A DNA stretch of 64,000 bases from the human T2T-CHM13v2.0 reference genome, Homo sapiens: assembly GCF_009914755.1 (NCBI RefSeq), contig NC_060926.1; one strand, given 5' to 3'. This document shows, one piece after another, positions 17,331 to 31,074 of the stretch. Made by a program: the position numbers and the translations under genes. The notes under the pieces are model-generated. The model saw only the letters and a list, made by a program, of their open reading frames with translations, was not told the DNA's origin and did not search any database. Numbering within the stretch: the first letter of the stretch is position 1; each line of letters begins with the position of its first letter.

Positions 17331-18777
17331 TGAGATTTCCATGGACCCTGAAATCATGAAGCCAAGGCAATTTCAAAAGGCCAGCCATGCAGACTTAGGT
17401 CACTAGACATTCCTGAGAGCTGTGCCACCATGCTAATTGTCCTTTATTGTGCCTAGCCATAAAACAGGGTGTTTTAGTATCTATGCAATCTCAGCCGAAC
17501 TTAAAAAAAAAATAGTCTTGGGCTAAGCATGTCAAAATGGTCAATAATCATGTATCTAAACCAGTTAATCTGGAAACAAGAACGTGCTGGAGAAAAAGAC
17601 AAATCAGAGGAGATACTATCTGCCAGAAACAGAGCTACATATCATACACAAATTTTATCATTTAGCCTTGATGACCCTATAAAATATGTGCTGACTTTAC
17701 AAATGAAGAAAGGAAGGCTCAGTGGAGGTGAGTGAGTTGACCCAGAAAGACTAAGTTGGGTCAAGATTTGAACCTAAGGCTGTCCTACTGCAGTGTTCAG
17801 TCCATTTTTTGTCTTTACCATACTGCCTCAACTTTGGCAATACAAGTTGTTTACCTTTTAATTGGTTAACTTAAATCAACTAAATCTATCACAGATTATT
17901 ATTTGGTTTCCAGAAAACTGTTGACTGCCCTCTTCACTCCTAAGTCACCAGCTTTAGAAAGAGAGCACTCCACTTTACTCTCACCAGCTGGGTCCTTGCA
18001 CACCTTGGCCTCCCTGAGCCTCAGTAACCTCAGCCATAAAATGGGAATCATCTCACTGCCTTGTGAGGATACATGAAATAACACATGTCAGAGCACCTGG
18101 GATCTCACTTCTTGGCAAGTGCCGGTTTCTTCCTGACTTTCCCATGAGATGTTGGCAGGAGGTGTCAGCTGCTATGAACTGACATGGACAAGAGAGAGGG
18201 GCTGGATAAGGAGAGGCATGAGTACCCTCAGATATGTTCTGAGCCTATGCCAAGTGCTTTGTGCACACGGGCACCTTGTAAGTGTGTGGAGGTGGTGAGG
18301 TGATGGTGATGCCAAGGAAACCAAGTATAATACATGGGGGTGCAAAGCATATTCCAAGTTTTGTCCTGGCTCTTCCAGTCCTTCTTGATGACCAAGTACT
18401 GGCCAGGATCATGCTGAGAACAGAGCCAGACCCAAGATATCCAGATCCCTCTGCTTCCCACGGTAGACTCCTGCAGGACCACGCTCAGGGCAAACAGAAC
18501 CATACAGGGGGGCCCATCTATCCCATCCTACCCTATCACTCATCCCTCCCTACAGCATTGCTCAGGGATTTCCTCTACCCACCTTGTGAAGCCTCTACCC
18601 ACCCTTAGGCTATCCTTCCAAACCCGTGTGGAAGCCGGAAGCCATCTTTCTGCCTTCTGTGCTGCCAGAGTCCTCTGAATTTACACCTTCTCATGGCACT
18701 TAGCCGTCTGGTTCATTGCACTAAAGATGAGTAACCATGCCCCTGCAGAGGGAGAATAGTAAAGAAAGGAAGGGCTT

Positions 18778-19030
<253 letters not shown>

Positions 19031-20169
19031 TCACGGAGCCCAGCCACTTTCCAAATAGGAGACTCCAAGCCAGTCACTCCATCTTTCTAAGTCTCAATGT
19101 CCTCATCTGTAGAATGGGAGTAAAAGCATGAACCTTATGGGTTTCTCATGAGAATTCAGCATCTAGCCCAGTGCCTGGCACATTGAATTATAAATACTCA
19201 CAAAATGGGAGTTCCCTTTGCCCCCTTCCCCATGCACTTGCAGAATTCTTGAAAGTAGTTATGTTCCTAATTCACCTTGGTGTTTCCAATGCTCCATGCA
19301 TACCCAACAAATATTTGGAGACTAGAAAGTGAATATACTCAGAGCACAGAGTCATTTACTGAACATGAATGAACAGATTAATTGCTCTGTTTTCTCAAAT
19401 GTCTTTCTTTTCTCATGTCTTTCCTCTCAAAAGATGATTAAGAGGACATGATCTCTCAAGTTCTTAGGAGAGAAAAATTAAACAAGTCAGAATTGCTCAC
19501 TAATTTCAAGGCTTATTCAAGCTTGGGCTGCCCCCCTGGGAGACATTATAGTGGCCCTGAGGGAGGCGGCGCAGCTGCTGCTCCAGCCTGCCACTCATCT
19601 CTGTATTCTGTGGAGACAGAGGCCATGCCGGGACCCCACAAGCTGCTGGGAAGTGCTGGCTGAGCTCTTGCTTTGAAAGGCCCACGTGGAAGCTGCTAGC
19701 AGTAGCCACAGGAACAGCCAAGGCAAGATGGTCTAAGCCAGCATGCCCAGACACTTTGGATTTCTGAGGACAGTTCCAATGGCCGAGGTCTGGGCCTTCC
19801 TCTCTGGCTAAGGAAGATTTTTCTTGTGAATGTGACGTGACTTTTGGCTCAGAATATGAGGTTCCCATGGTCTGTTTCTCATAGCATGAAGTAGGACTAA
19901 GTATGCTTTAGTTCTGTCTTGATGTCATCGCGATGAGGCTCAGGAACTTGGGAGGGGTGGGAGATTGGTTTTCAAGAGTGCTCAGGCGGTTACCCGCTCC
20001 CAGTCCTGCAGTGCTCACACCAAAGTACCTACAAGATTTGGATGGAGCTGTGGAAGCTGAGAGAAAGAGACAGAGAGAACATGCACAAGGAAGGGTCTAG
20101 AACTCACATTGTGGACCACCAGGGCTAGAGAGAGCTGGAGTTGTAATAATTATAGGAATAACAAGTATA

Positions 20170-20350
20170 CTCAGCACCCACTGAACAGCAGGCAAGGTGC
20201 TACACACAGGTTTTTCCTTGCTTATCTCATTTGATCTTCCCAACGACCTCATGAGGCAGGCCCAACCATTTCAGAATCAAGGAAACTGAGGCACAGAGAG
20301 ACAGTCACTTGTCCAAGGCATCATAGCTAGTAGTCAGAATTTGAACCATT
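20170..20350 (-). mobile_element. MIR relic
   Basis: 'ggaaactgaggcacagagag...cacttgtccaagg...cagaatttgaacc'. Confidence 0.65.
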
Positions 20351-20394
20351 ACTTTGAATTATTTTATTCTACACTGACTTTTTATTTTTAATTT

Positions 20395-20580
20395 AGGGCT
20401 GCTCAAATTTTAACATGGATCAGACTCACCTGAAGTCTTTATTGAGACAGATTCCTAGACCCTTACCCAAAGATTCTGATTCCAGAGGACTGGAGTGGGG
20501 CCCATGAATTTGCATTTCTTAGTAGTTTCCTGGTGAAGCTGCTACTGCTGCTCTGGAAACCACTCTCCGAAAATCAAGGT
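20395..20580. mobile_element. MER5A-like MITE
   Basis: 'gctgctcaaa...gattctgattccagaggactggagtggggcccatgaatttgcattt...ggaaaccactct'. Confidence 0.7.
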
Positions 20581-22450
20581 CTAGGGCAAACTTACACATG
20601 CCAGATCTTAATCCTAACAGATCAGGAGTTAGAAAACAAATGGAGAAGGTTAAGAATTGTCAAGAAAACCAAAGGTGTTTGTATTGATGTCAACCTTAAG
20701 CTCTCTGCAGCAGGAAGTACCTACAACCTTCTCTCTGGATCTACTAATCATTACTCATTTTTTTTCCTCAAGGCTCTTAACAGTATCACCTATAATTCTT
20801 ATCTGACCAAATTTAAAAATAGGAAAACAGTTTACTGTGGAGTTCAAGTAGCTCTGGAACCCCATTGTAGTTTCCTGTCTCCCTGTGTGGTTGGTCAGGG
20901 ATGACTTTCTGCATCCTTTTCACCCAAGGTCAGAATGGACCTGACTTGGTAGGTAGGCCTAAGGTTATTACAGAAAAAGCATTCCTGGGTGTTTACAGAA
21001 CTGGATCTAGTCCTAGGTCTGCCACCTGCAGCTGTGTGGTCTTGGACAAGTTGCTTTACCTCTCTGAGTTATACTCGATGTGCTTCAGTGTACCCTCTAG
21101 CTCTATCTAAAGTTAATCTCCATGGCTGGGCCCCGAAGACTGACAATATGCACACCGAGCTGTTTCCAGTGTCTCCCATCAGCTTTGAACTTGCAGTTTT
21201 TTTACCCTCCCCTTGGCCTTCTTACTCTGGGATTCGAGCCCCTGTTTTTCCTCTGAATGCTGGCTGGGCTTCCCCTCCAGGTCTCAGCACTCCAGGGGGT
21301 CCTGCTGTTGAGAGGCCCTAGGTCCCTGGGTGCCAGAACTGGAGAGGCCTGCAAATTCCAGAAAAAAAAAGGGGAGAAGGAGCCTTGTCAATAGTGAGAC
21401 CCAACTAGAACTAGGATTCTATCTCCTCTCCTGCTTTCTTTCCATTACTTCCCATTATCTCCAAGAAGGTGGGCGAGGACCCTAGCATGCCTTTCTTAAG
21501 GAAATAGATCATAGTAACAGTGCCATTCTAGCTAATCTTCTTATACACATTTATGACTCCTGTTTTAATTAACTAGCCAAGAGCCAGAATGGCTTCATAA
21601 GTGAACTAGGGCTAGTTTCGGAAATTTCAACCTAATTCTGCCCTCACAATCCCTACCTCTAGACCCAACTTACATGGTTCCTTCAGCACCTACAGTGAGG
21701 TATCTTCAATATGGGTCAAACCACACTTACCTAATCCTCACCTCTGCTTTCTACACAGAGGCCAGCGAGGTTCTTTCTTCTTTGACTAGGAAACCTGCAT
21801 GAACAATGGTTAAACAGAACTCTTTTCTATTTTATTTGAGGGACATCAATGGGAAGAGATTATACCTAACATCTGAGAACAAAACAGAGAGGGAAGAGAG
21901 TTACAGGGCAGCAGAGAGAAGCTGAAGGGGAATCCGAGACCCAGGAAGAGGCCTGGGGAGCAGCACCCACCGTCTCTGCCTTATGCAGGAGCTCCCCACA
22001 CCTGCAGAGCCCACCCCTCTCTGGTTTACAGCCAGGTACACACCTGCCCACATCCAGTGGAATTCATAAAACCAAGGCAGAGAGCGAGCATCTGTGTCTG
22101 GGCTTGGTGTTTACAAGCCTCCCCTCGGGCCATGTGTAGTAACTCCTGTGGCCTGCCCTCGGGTCCCCTGAATCTGGCGTGCCTATTTGGAATGTTACTA
22201 TTTCCTCTGCCCTTGCAAATTTCCTTTAATCTCAACCCAACATTTCTACTTGTAATCCTGCTGGCCGTTTGCTGTTTTGTGTCTGTATTGAGTTCTTGAA
22301 AGCTGGACTCACTCAATTCCCTGGAATTAGGGTACTTATTATAGAGACACTTGAGAGACAAGAGCCTCAATATCTGCCAGTTACTGGCCCCCCACCCCCC
22401 ACATCCACACCCACATCTCCACCTGGACGCACACTGCTGGCCTCACTCAC

Positions 22451-22469
22451 GCCATTGCCACTCATGTCC
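22451..22469 (-). other. Candidate 19-nt microexon (GGACATGAGTGGCAATGGC)
   Basis: Minus strand: branch-like tgactaat, long (CT)n polypyrimidine tract, AAG acceptor, then GGC|GTGAGT donor and downstream G-runs. Confidence 0.4.
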
Positions 22470-23689
22470 CTTCATGCCAAAGAGAGAGAGAGAGGAGAGA
22501 GAGAGAGAGCGAAATATTAGTCAAAGATAAAGCCACCTACACAGGAAACATTCAGTACCCCCACCCCACCCCATGATGACTTTATCTAAAGAAGATTTAA
22601 ATTTCAAATGGTAAAATGTGCATTTAAATTTCCCCAGCCTTCCATCAGTCCACCTCTGGCCCTACCTTCTGCTGCAACTTGAGTAAACTTGAACTAGTAA
22701 ATAGGAGTAATATTATGTTTTAACAATTCATTTATGAGAAAAAAATATGCATAACGGTGGGGGAAGTCCACTGGCAGGAGTTCCCTTATTCATTCAGCAT
22801 GAATAACAGTGAAGACACAATTACAACTCCACATTTTAGCAACAGCATAAACCAAACCAGGCAGTAAGTGGGCAATTCCCTTCTGTTCCAATACGCTCCA
22901 ATTAACACAAACTGAGGAAGGAATAAATTTAAGCAGGAACAGCTTATCAACATACAATTAGCACTCAATAATTTATCCCTGTAATGCCAGATCAAATAAA
23001 AACATTGTGTCATAAATCACTTACTCAAGCAAGCCACCAACCCCTATGCTTAAATGATCTTTTGGTTGATTTGTTTTCTATTCACCACCCTTATGCCACA
23101 ATAGGTTTTTCTTTCTTTATTTATTTCTGAGACCCAAGACAGCCAGGCAGCTGAAGTGGCATTTTCTACTCTCCAGAGTTCAAGGCTACATTAACCATAA
23201 ACAGAATTATAAGGAGAACCAGCTCAGACCCCATAGAACATGCATCTACCTCCAGATAGGACAGCCACTGACAGCTGCAAATAAATAGGTGTGTGGTCCT
23301 CCAAAATTTCTAAGGAAGGGAATTCCTCATTTAGGCTTTCTAAAGTATTTTCAGATTTCAATCCTTACAGATAAAAGAATTTTCATAAATCTTCCATCCA
23401 TAGCCTCTGCTTCATTTAAATTAACTGATGCTGGTTCTATGGAAATGAAAACCAGCCTGTCATCATTCTCTCTACAATAACTTCTGTAAATCTACAATCA
23501 TTAGGTCCCTTGAATGCCTTTTCATTGGTTCTTTCACCACCAAATCTTAGTCCTTTAAGTCTTTTGTGTCGCCCACCATCTCTTTGTAACCAAATGTTCC
23601 CCATCCTTTTCCTGCCAACCTTGTTTCCCAGACTTCCTTGCAACTGATTTAACCAAAGAACCCCAGCGGGTTCTTCAATTCTCTTTGCG

Positions 23690-24445
23690 GTAGGCAGAAT
23701 AATGCCTCTCCCCAAGGATGTCCACATCCTAATCCCCAAAATTTTTGAATATGTTACCTTATGTCGCAAAAAAGCTTGGCAGATGTGATTAAGCTAATGA
23801 TCTGGAGATAGGAAGATTATCCGAATTATCCAGGTGGGACCACAGTTATCACAAGCGTCCTTATAAGTGAGGGAGACATGTTCTCACTCATAGGTGGGAA
23901 TTGAACAATGAGAACACTTGGACACAGGAAGGGGAACATCACACACTAGGGCCTGTTGTGGGGTGGGGGGAGGGGGGAGGGATAGCATTAGGAGATATAC
24001 CTAATGTAAATAACAAGTTAATGGGTGCAGCACACTAACATGGCACATGTATACATATGTAACAAACCTGCACATTGTGCACATGTACCCTAGAACTTAA
24101 AGTATAATATATATATGTATAATATATATATATATTATATATATATATATAAAATAAGTGAGCAAGAGATGCAACAGAATTGGAGGAGATGTGAAGGCAG
24201 ATGTAGAGAGGAGAGAGGTGTAGACAGGGGCCCAAGAAATGCAGGCACCTCTAGGAGACAGGAAAAGCAAGGTACAGATTCTCCCCTAGGGCCTCCAGAA
24301 GGAGTGCAGCCTCCCAACACCGTGATTTTAGCTCAGTGAAAGTGGTTTTGAATTTCTGCCCTCTGAAATGGTAAGACAACACATTATGTTGTTTTAAGTC
24401 ACATAGTTTGTGGTAATTTGTTACAGCAGCAATCAGAAACATTCT
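23690..24445 (+). mobile_element. MLT1D/E-like solo LTR interrupted by an L1 3' fragment
   Basis: 'ggtaggcagaataatgcc...aaggatgtccacatcctaatcccc' ... 'gtaatttgttacagcagcaatcagaaac'. Confidence 0.8.
23877..24153 (+). mobile_element. 5'-truncated L1PA5-like 3' end with (TA)n-converted tail
   Basis: Matches 7193-7430; TSD core ataagtgag at 23863-23871 and 24154-24162. Confidence 0.9.
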
Positions 24446-25371
24446 CTTTGAGGTGTCTAGCTCTTTATCTCTTCCAAGCTAAAGAGCGTAAGTTTCATTC
24501 CAAAACTTAAGTTCTGATGTAGTCTGCACACCTGGAAATATCTAAGGAGCTCAGAAGGCACCAATCACTGAGAATGGAAGGCATTCAATTTCCAGAAACC
24601 TGGATGTGAAGATCTTCTACTTAGCCCTCTCTAGCTTTTTTTTTTCGTTCCATTATAGAAATTTTCTAATATATACAAAAGTAGACAGAGTAGCATCAAA
24701 ATCCACTGTATACCCACCATCTAGCTTCAACAATTATGAACTCATGGGCAATCATGAATCTTCTGTATCCCTATAATTCCCTCTTCCCTGGATTTTTTGA
24801 AGCAAATTCCAGATATCATTTCTCCACAAATACTTCAATATCTATCTATAAAAGATAAAAGACAATGGTTCTTTTTAAAACATGACCACAAAACTATTAC
24901 TGAACCAAAAGAAAATTGATATTAATTTCTCACATAATTAAGTATGCAGCCAGTGTTGAAATTCCCCTAATTGTCTCACAATTTTGTTTGCATTGGGATC
25001 CAAAAAGGACCCTCCATTGAAATTATTTAATATGTTTCTCAAATGTCTTTTAATCTATAGGCTCCCCTCCACTACTTCTTATAACTTATGTGTCAAAATC
25101 CACATTATATATTACATGTCAAAATCCACAGTCTGAGTTTTATGACTTCATTCCATGATGTTTAACATGTTTGCTGTTCTGTACAATTTGGTAGTTAGTT
25201 CTAGTGGATTTATTAGACTCAGGTTCAATTCTTTTCGGCAAGAATATGTCACAAGTGGTGTTGTGTATTTCACCACACTTTCTGGTTCACTCTCTTTTTG
25301 TCATGTTAGCAACCATTAATGAACACTGCCTACATCTACTAATTTATTAGGGATTACAGAATAATGAGATT

Positions 25372-25498
25372 ATTTTTTGTAGAAACAGGGTCTTGCTATA
25401 TTGCCCAGGCTGATCTCAAATCCCTTGCCTCAAGTCATCTTCTCACCTCAGTCTGCCAAAGCACTGGGATTATAGGCATGCGCCACAATGCCCAGCCT
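25372..25498 (-). mobile_element. FLAM / Alu left monomer
   Basis: 'tttttgtagaaacagggtcttgctatattgcccaggctg...gggattataggcatgcgccac'. Confidence 0.8.
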
Positions 25499-25675
25499 CC
25501 TGGAATGATGAGATTCAAATTCTGTTTTCCCTTCTTTATTATCTGGAATCCTTTTACAAACAGTAATTTTCCCTAATTGATTATTTGGTTACCATGAGAT
25601 ACAGTTCATGTAAGAAAGATAGAATAAAAGAATGATTCATCCACTGTATTTAACAGTTTTCAAAATAATTAGTTT

Positions 25676-25820
25676 GGCCAGGTATGGTGGCTTGCACTTA
25701 TAATCCCAGCAACTTGGAGGCTGAGGCAGGAGGATTGCTTGAGCCCAGGGATTCAAAGCTGCAGTGAGCTATAATTGCACCATTGCACTCCAGCCTGGGC
25801 AACAGAGTGAGACCCCATCA
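25676..25820 (+). mobile_element. FAM/FRAM-like Alu monomer
   Basis: Single monomer 'ggccaggtatggtggc...ctccagcctgggcaacagagtgagacccc'. Confidence 0.8.
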
Positions 25821-26022
25821 AGAAAGAAAGAAAGAAAAAGAGAAAGAGAGAAAGAGAAACAGAGAGAGAGAAAGAAAGAGAGAGAGGGAGAGGAAGGAAG
25901 GAAGGAAGGAAGGAAGGAAGGAAGGAAGGAAGGAAGGAAGGAGGGAAGGAGGAGGGGAGGGGAGGGAAGGGAAGGGAAGGGAGGAAGGAGGGAGGGAGGG
26001 AGGGAGGAAAGAAGGAAGAAAA
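25819..26022. repeat. Polypurine (GAAA/GA/GGAA/GGGA)n tract
   Basis: About 200 bp that is almost entirely A/G, including a long (GGAA)n run. Confidence 0.95.
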
Positions 26023-28079
26023 TTATAATGTGTTGGCTCCTGGGCATCCTTCAAAGGTGGCTGATAATGTTTCCTATGTTTTTATAATAATAAAAAGATT
26101 GATGCAAAAGTAATTGCAGAATTATCTCATGTATTCAAACATATTTTATGTGCTTCAAACCAATACAGTTATTACTCTTACTAATGTTCAAATTGACCCA
26201 TATTTAACCAGTGGAAACTTCTTCAAGTTAGGTCCTATGTTTTTCTGATACAACATGAATGGTCTTTGATAGCTTTCTTGCTTTGTGATATGGCAAAATG
26301 ATCCAGTATCATCTTGTATATCTCCTGCCCCCAGCCTGGAATCAACCATTTCCCCCAAGAAGCCCTGGGTCTTGGGAAATTACACTTAGAGATGACAATC
26401 TGTATGCTAAAGATGCTCATTGCTAATAGATTGGTCATTGTTTCCAGGCCTCTTTGGTGGAGAGAGCTAGGAAACATATTTTTAAAGATAAAATATTTCA
26501 TGAGTTTAAACTGTTTATTCCAATTCTAGGTCAGTTCTACGGAGTTTTAAACTTAACCTCATGAATCTTATATCTGTATTTTCTATTTCCCTCTCTGAAA
26601 AACATGATACACAGTGACACTAACATGATTATTCACTTGCTTGACCATATAATATTCTAGAAGAGTCCCTGAAAACAATACTAACACTTCTGCCTACAAT
26701 ATTATTACTGAAAACAGTTCAAGGTGCTTTTTTTCCTTGTTTTTGCTTTGTTACGTTTTAGTGCAGTCCTTTGTGTTCTGAGGACGTAAACCACTGGGGC
26801 TAGATAGGACTAGAGAGGGCTAGATAGGGCTGCTTTATGCACACCTAGTTACCATTTGCTCTATCTTACATAAGCAATTTTTAAGCTATAATTTATTTTT
26901 ACTTTACAATTAATAAAATCATTCAATAGATAAAATTTGTCTTTTATCTGTGAAAATGATGGGATTGGCTTTTATAAATTCCACCCTGTCTATAAGTTGG
27001 TGTCTACGCTAGGAAATAGAAACCATTTCATTTCAAATGGGAGGTAAGGATTTAATATAGAGAATTGATTACAAAACATATCAGAGGAACTGGAAGTGCA
27101 AATAAGAAAAGTTTAGCCAAAACTTTATAACTGCAAGAAAATGCTAAGACTCGAAAAGTGAAAGGGGAAAGTTGTGTTACTCAGAGCCCATGAGCTCACT
27201 CATGCCACAGAATGCCGTGGCTGCTGAGTGAAAACCCACAAGAATGCACATTCTCATTGACGTTGCTGCCTAAAGCACAACCACATCTGCTTCCCTCCAT
27301 CTTCTAATCTCACCTGAGTGCCTCTTATTGGTACAACCAACACAACTTAGCAAGAAATGGGGTCTGAGTCATGTAGGAAGCAGGTTTCTAATCCCAGAAA
27401 TAGGAGAGAATTAAAAGGCAGTAAGGAGCAGAGTATCAACCAACAACATGCAGCTCACCTATCCAGAGGTCAACACTTAGATACACTTTTCAGTAGAAGC
27501 AATGGGCTCGCCTGGTTCCTCTCAAGATCAATGGCTCAGGACCAAGATTAAGGGCATAATCTCTGGTAAACACATGGAAAAAAGACAACTTATGTGAACG
27601 GATCTAAAACAATGCATTGGCCTTGCTAATATCAAACTATACTCATGTTCTCTTCTATTCTCCATCCTCCAGCCCCTAAATGCCGGCAAAGCAAGGGTCA
27701 TATGTTAGATATATGGCTGTCTAGGCTCAGAGAAGCTATAATTTGCTTTTGAAATTTATTCTTTTTAGTTCTTTCATGAGGAATAATTTGCCAATTAAAT
27801 AGGACCACAGCCAAAGTAGAAACAGAGACATACACTGAAATCTGTTAGCATCAACTGTTACAGTCATTCTTCTCTAGATGACATATTGTTGCTATATATA
27901 GTTTAGATATGAGTAATGAGAATGTGATTGCAAGCCAATATTTAGGGAAAAGCTAAGCTCATCACGACTGCTACTCTGATGGAATGTCTTGGTGATGGAT
28001 TTAGTCTTATACTTTCTCAATTTATTTTTCTCTGGGATGCTTTCCTATTTAGGGTATTAAATGACTTACATTTCATGGA

Positions 28080-28270
28080 CAGAGAAGGACACTTATTAAT
28101 AGTGAAATCTTGGGCAAGTTATTTTATCTTTCCAAGCTTCCTCATCTATGAAATGGGGATAATAATAGTATCTACCTCACACAGTTATTTATGAGGATTA
28201 AATGAAACAATGCCTATAAAGAATTTGGAATAGGACCTGACATATAGTAACTACTTAATAAAGTGGGCTG
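28080..28270 (+). mobile_element. MIR relic
   Basis: 'cttgggcaagtta...ttcctcatctatgaaatggggataataatagtatctacctcacacagtt'. Confidence 0.75.
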
Positions 28271-29419
28271 TTCTTATTCTTGCTAGAGAAATGCCAAGAA
28301 ACAAATGGTCATTTTAATTGTCAGCTAAAAGTAATCTTACTTGAACATTTCTTCTTATAAATTATAGATAATACTCAATCCAGGAGAAGTTAATGATGCC
28401 AGTAAAAGAGTCACTAGAAGTAGGAAGAAAATTTGATATAAATAAAGGGTTAAGGCAAATATAGAGGCCTTCATGCTCTAGAGTCAAAGAATTTCTGCTC
28501 CTCCGAGACCAATAAGGAGGATAATCATGAATTTAAGTAACTTTAAGTGGGAGAAAGTAACCTAAGTCACATTTAATGGGAGGATCATTCTGAGGAATAT
28601 GAGAGTTGTGGGAAACTGCTTCTCATAATCGTGATAATTCACATGAGCAGGCCATCTGCTTTAAATTGGAGATGAAAAATTGGAGAAGTATTGGGAAAGA
28701 GGGGGACAGGTAATATACCCGGCATGGATCAAAGGAGAGAGAGCCAAGAGGAGAGAGAAAGACAGAGGGAATCATTTGTTAGGGAAGCCAGAGAGAAACT
28801 TCCTTCTACTGAGCTGGAGAAACCCGTGTTCCCCTCGTTTAGCATCAGAATGTCCTGCTGTGCTATCAAATGTTGTTGAAGTTGAAGGTCAGGCTTCGTG
28901 GAAAGAATGATGCAAATGTTCACATTCCCTAGAAAGAAATGTAAATTCACAGCGGAACACGTAGCTAAAGGTGATAACATCTCACCACAAGATATTACTC
29001 TGTGGTGCAAACCTTACTGCTGCTTTGTGATTCAAGATAGTTATGAGAGTTAGAGAAGTACGTTGAGATGACGTTCCTTCCATTATAGTCACAAACTGAC
29101 ACACAAACACACACATTTATATATTTATATTCAGACACACACACACACACAAAATTATCATAAATGTAACTACTCCACATGCAAACTAACACAAATATAT
29201 TGCATCCTGGCAACTCAAATCAGCAATTGTCATCAGTAACATGATTTTCTGAAATAAATAATTCTTGACACATTTCCAGACAAAAAGGACAATCTCTCCT
29301 TCATTAAATGGCAGTTGCATTCCTGGAAGTTTCAGGGACCATTAAAATCAAGCAAAACTAATTTGTACATATATGTTAAATGGAATTAGATTCAAAGTTG
29401 AGATAATTGTAAATAGATC

Positions 29420-29600
29420 TTGTGAGACAGTCAAAATTTTTGTGGTTCATGGCACAAATCTTCAATATCTAGCATCCCTGGCCCCTGTTCACAAATGTCA
29501 GTAGTGTTCCTTGATTATTGTATCAATTAAAATTGGGCCCCATCTCTAAAATTTCCCTGCCCCGGCCCCGGAAGCAGCACAGCCATTGTTGAGAAGTGCT
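29420..29600 (-). mobile_element. MER20-like MITE (approximate)
   Basis: 'tagcatccctggcccct...aaatgtcagtagtg...ttgagaagtgctg', reverse of the 31075 element. Confidence 0.5.
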
Positions 29601-31074
29601 GCTATATCCTGTCCATGCTCTTGAAGGGAAGCCAGCAATACCCTAGGTGAATGAATACACTATTTTGAGGAACTATCTCCATAGCACAAAATGTAGGAAT
29701 ATGCATTTACTGTGGTGGTGCTCCTCACAGGGCAACAAGTGTTATAGACTCAGCCAAAGAGGCACTGAATGACCCTAGAGCGTCTACACCTAGAGAGATG
29801 TACACACACCTGCCCCTTGGCCACGTCTGACCACCCATGACAAGGCTGCAGGCAGCATGCCATAAACCTGTAGCTGACATCCATTCTACTCCTGATTAAC
29901 AGACCTGGATATCCATCTGCTCACCTACATGTCCCACAGACAATACATTGGCAACAATGTCTACTTTCCTGTGGGAAATGCTGCCTTGGAAGACCACAAA
30001 CAGGGCCATCCTTATAATTTCTCAAAATTCCATTCACCTGTATGTGTGGAGTATCTAACAGAAAGGCAGCCAGCCCTGAGGACCCACTGGTCCTATCTGG
30101 GCTCTGCTCAAGCTAGGTGGAGTATAGTAAGTGTTTATTAAAGGAAGCCATGAGGGACAGTTCTAGTTACACTGAGTACAGGAACTCTAATGACCCTGAT
30201 GGTTCCCGAGGCTGAATCTGGAGACTTGTCCTGGATTCCGGGAAGTGCTGGAGGCCTCCATAAAAAGAGTTCTGTCATGATCGTGACTCTACTGCAACTC
30301 CACTCTGCTACCAACAGGCCACATCCCCCTGTGGCGCTAAGTTCAAATTCCAAGGGAGAAATGTTATTGGCCTGGCTTATCTTCCTCATTCAGGCTTCAA
30401 GTTATGGCTCATCCATTAACTCTGGGATAGGCCCTTTCCCTCACCTCAGTGTGCACCATCACAGACAGAGTTAAGAGCAGGGACACCTGGTCCACTGCCC
30501 ACTCAGCAGAGGCAATGGCAGGAGTAGATTCTCTGCAAAAGTAGAATGACAGAGACCACCCTAAAATGGCTGATATACCTGCCATCCAGAAGACTAAGTG
30601 AGCTTTCCAAATAGTGGCAAGACAAATGCTTCTCAGGTCTCTAAGAGAGAAGAGAAAGATGGAAGAAAGAGTCAGTGCAGTGTAAGGATGTATTTATCAA
30701 CCATGCTGACTTCCTCTAAGTTTCATAGGCTAGTAGCCTTGAACCACTGGACAAATATGTAACTTTCCCAGGAGATAGGGAATCTGTATTCTTATACCCT
30801 ATGACATCATAGGTAAGCAGTTTAAGTGTGACCAGAAATCAGTAATTTAAATGTTATGAACTTCTGTTGTCCCCTTTCTTAATGGAGAAAAATTCTCCAT
30901 ACCTTTCAGAAAGTTGGTGCAGTAAGTAGGATCCAGCTTTTCTGAGAAGTCAGACAGGAGGTGCTGGATGTATTTTAATAATGCTAACCCTAGAGAGGTT
31001 TATGAGTAGTTTTCAAGAGTCAGTACAATTTCCAACCCTGGAAATTTTGAATACTTTTGTATATTTTTAGAGCA

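Larger units (their letters stand above)
24640..26760 (-). mobile_element. Old L1MC/ME 3' region containing inserted Alu monomers (approximate)
   Basis: 'aatatatacaaaagtagacagagtag', 'cagcctggaatcaaccatttcccc' and similar L1MC4-type 3'UTR motifs in reverse. Confidence 0.65.

Noticed and set aside
25764-26087. R/E/K/G-rich and P/S/F-rich ORFs
   Set aside because: Polypurine repeat translation
26793-26832. Short 10-bp tandem (ggctagatag-like x4), and the 14-bp direct repeat at 25091/25117
   Set aside because: Small slippage duplications with no spacer-repeat regularity; not CRISPR-like or otherwise informative
30320-30340. CTCF-like motif ccccctgtggcg
   Set aside because: Spacing is one base off the consensus core
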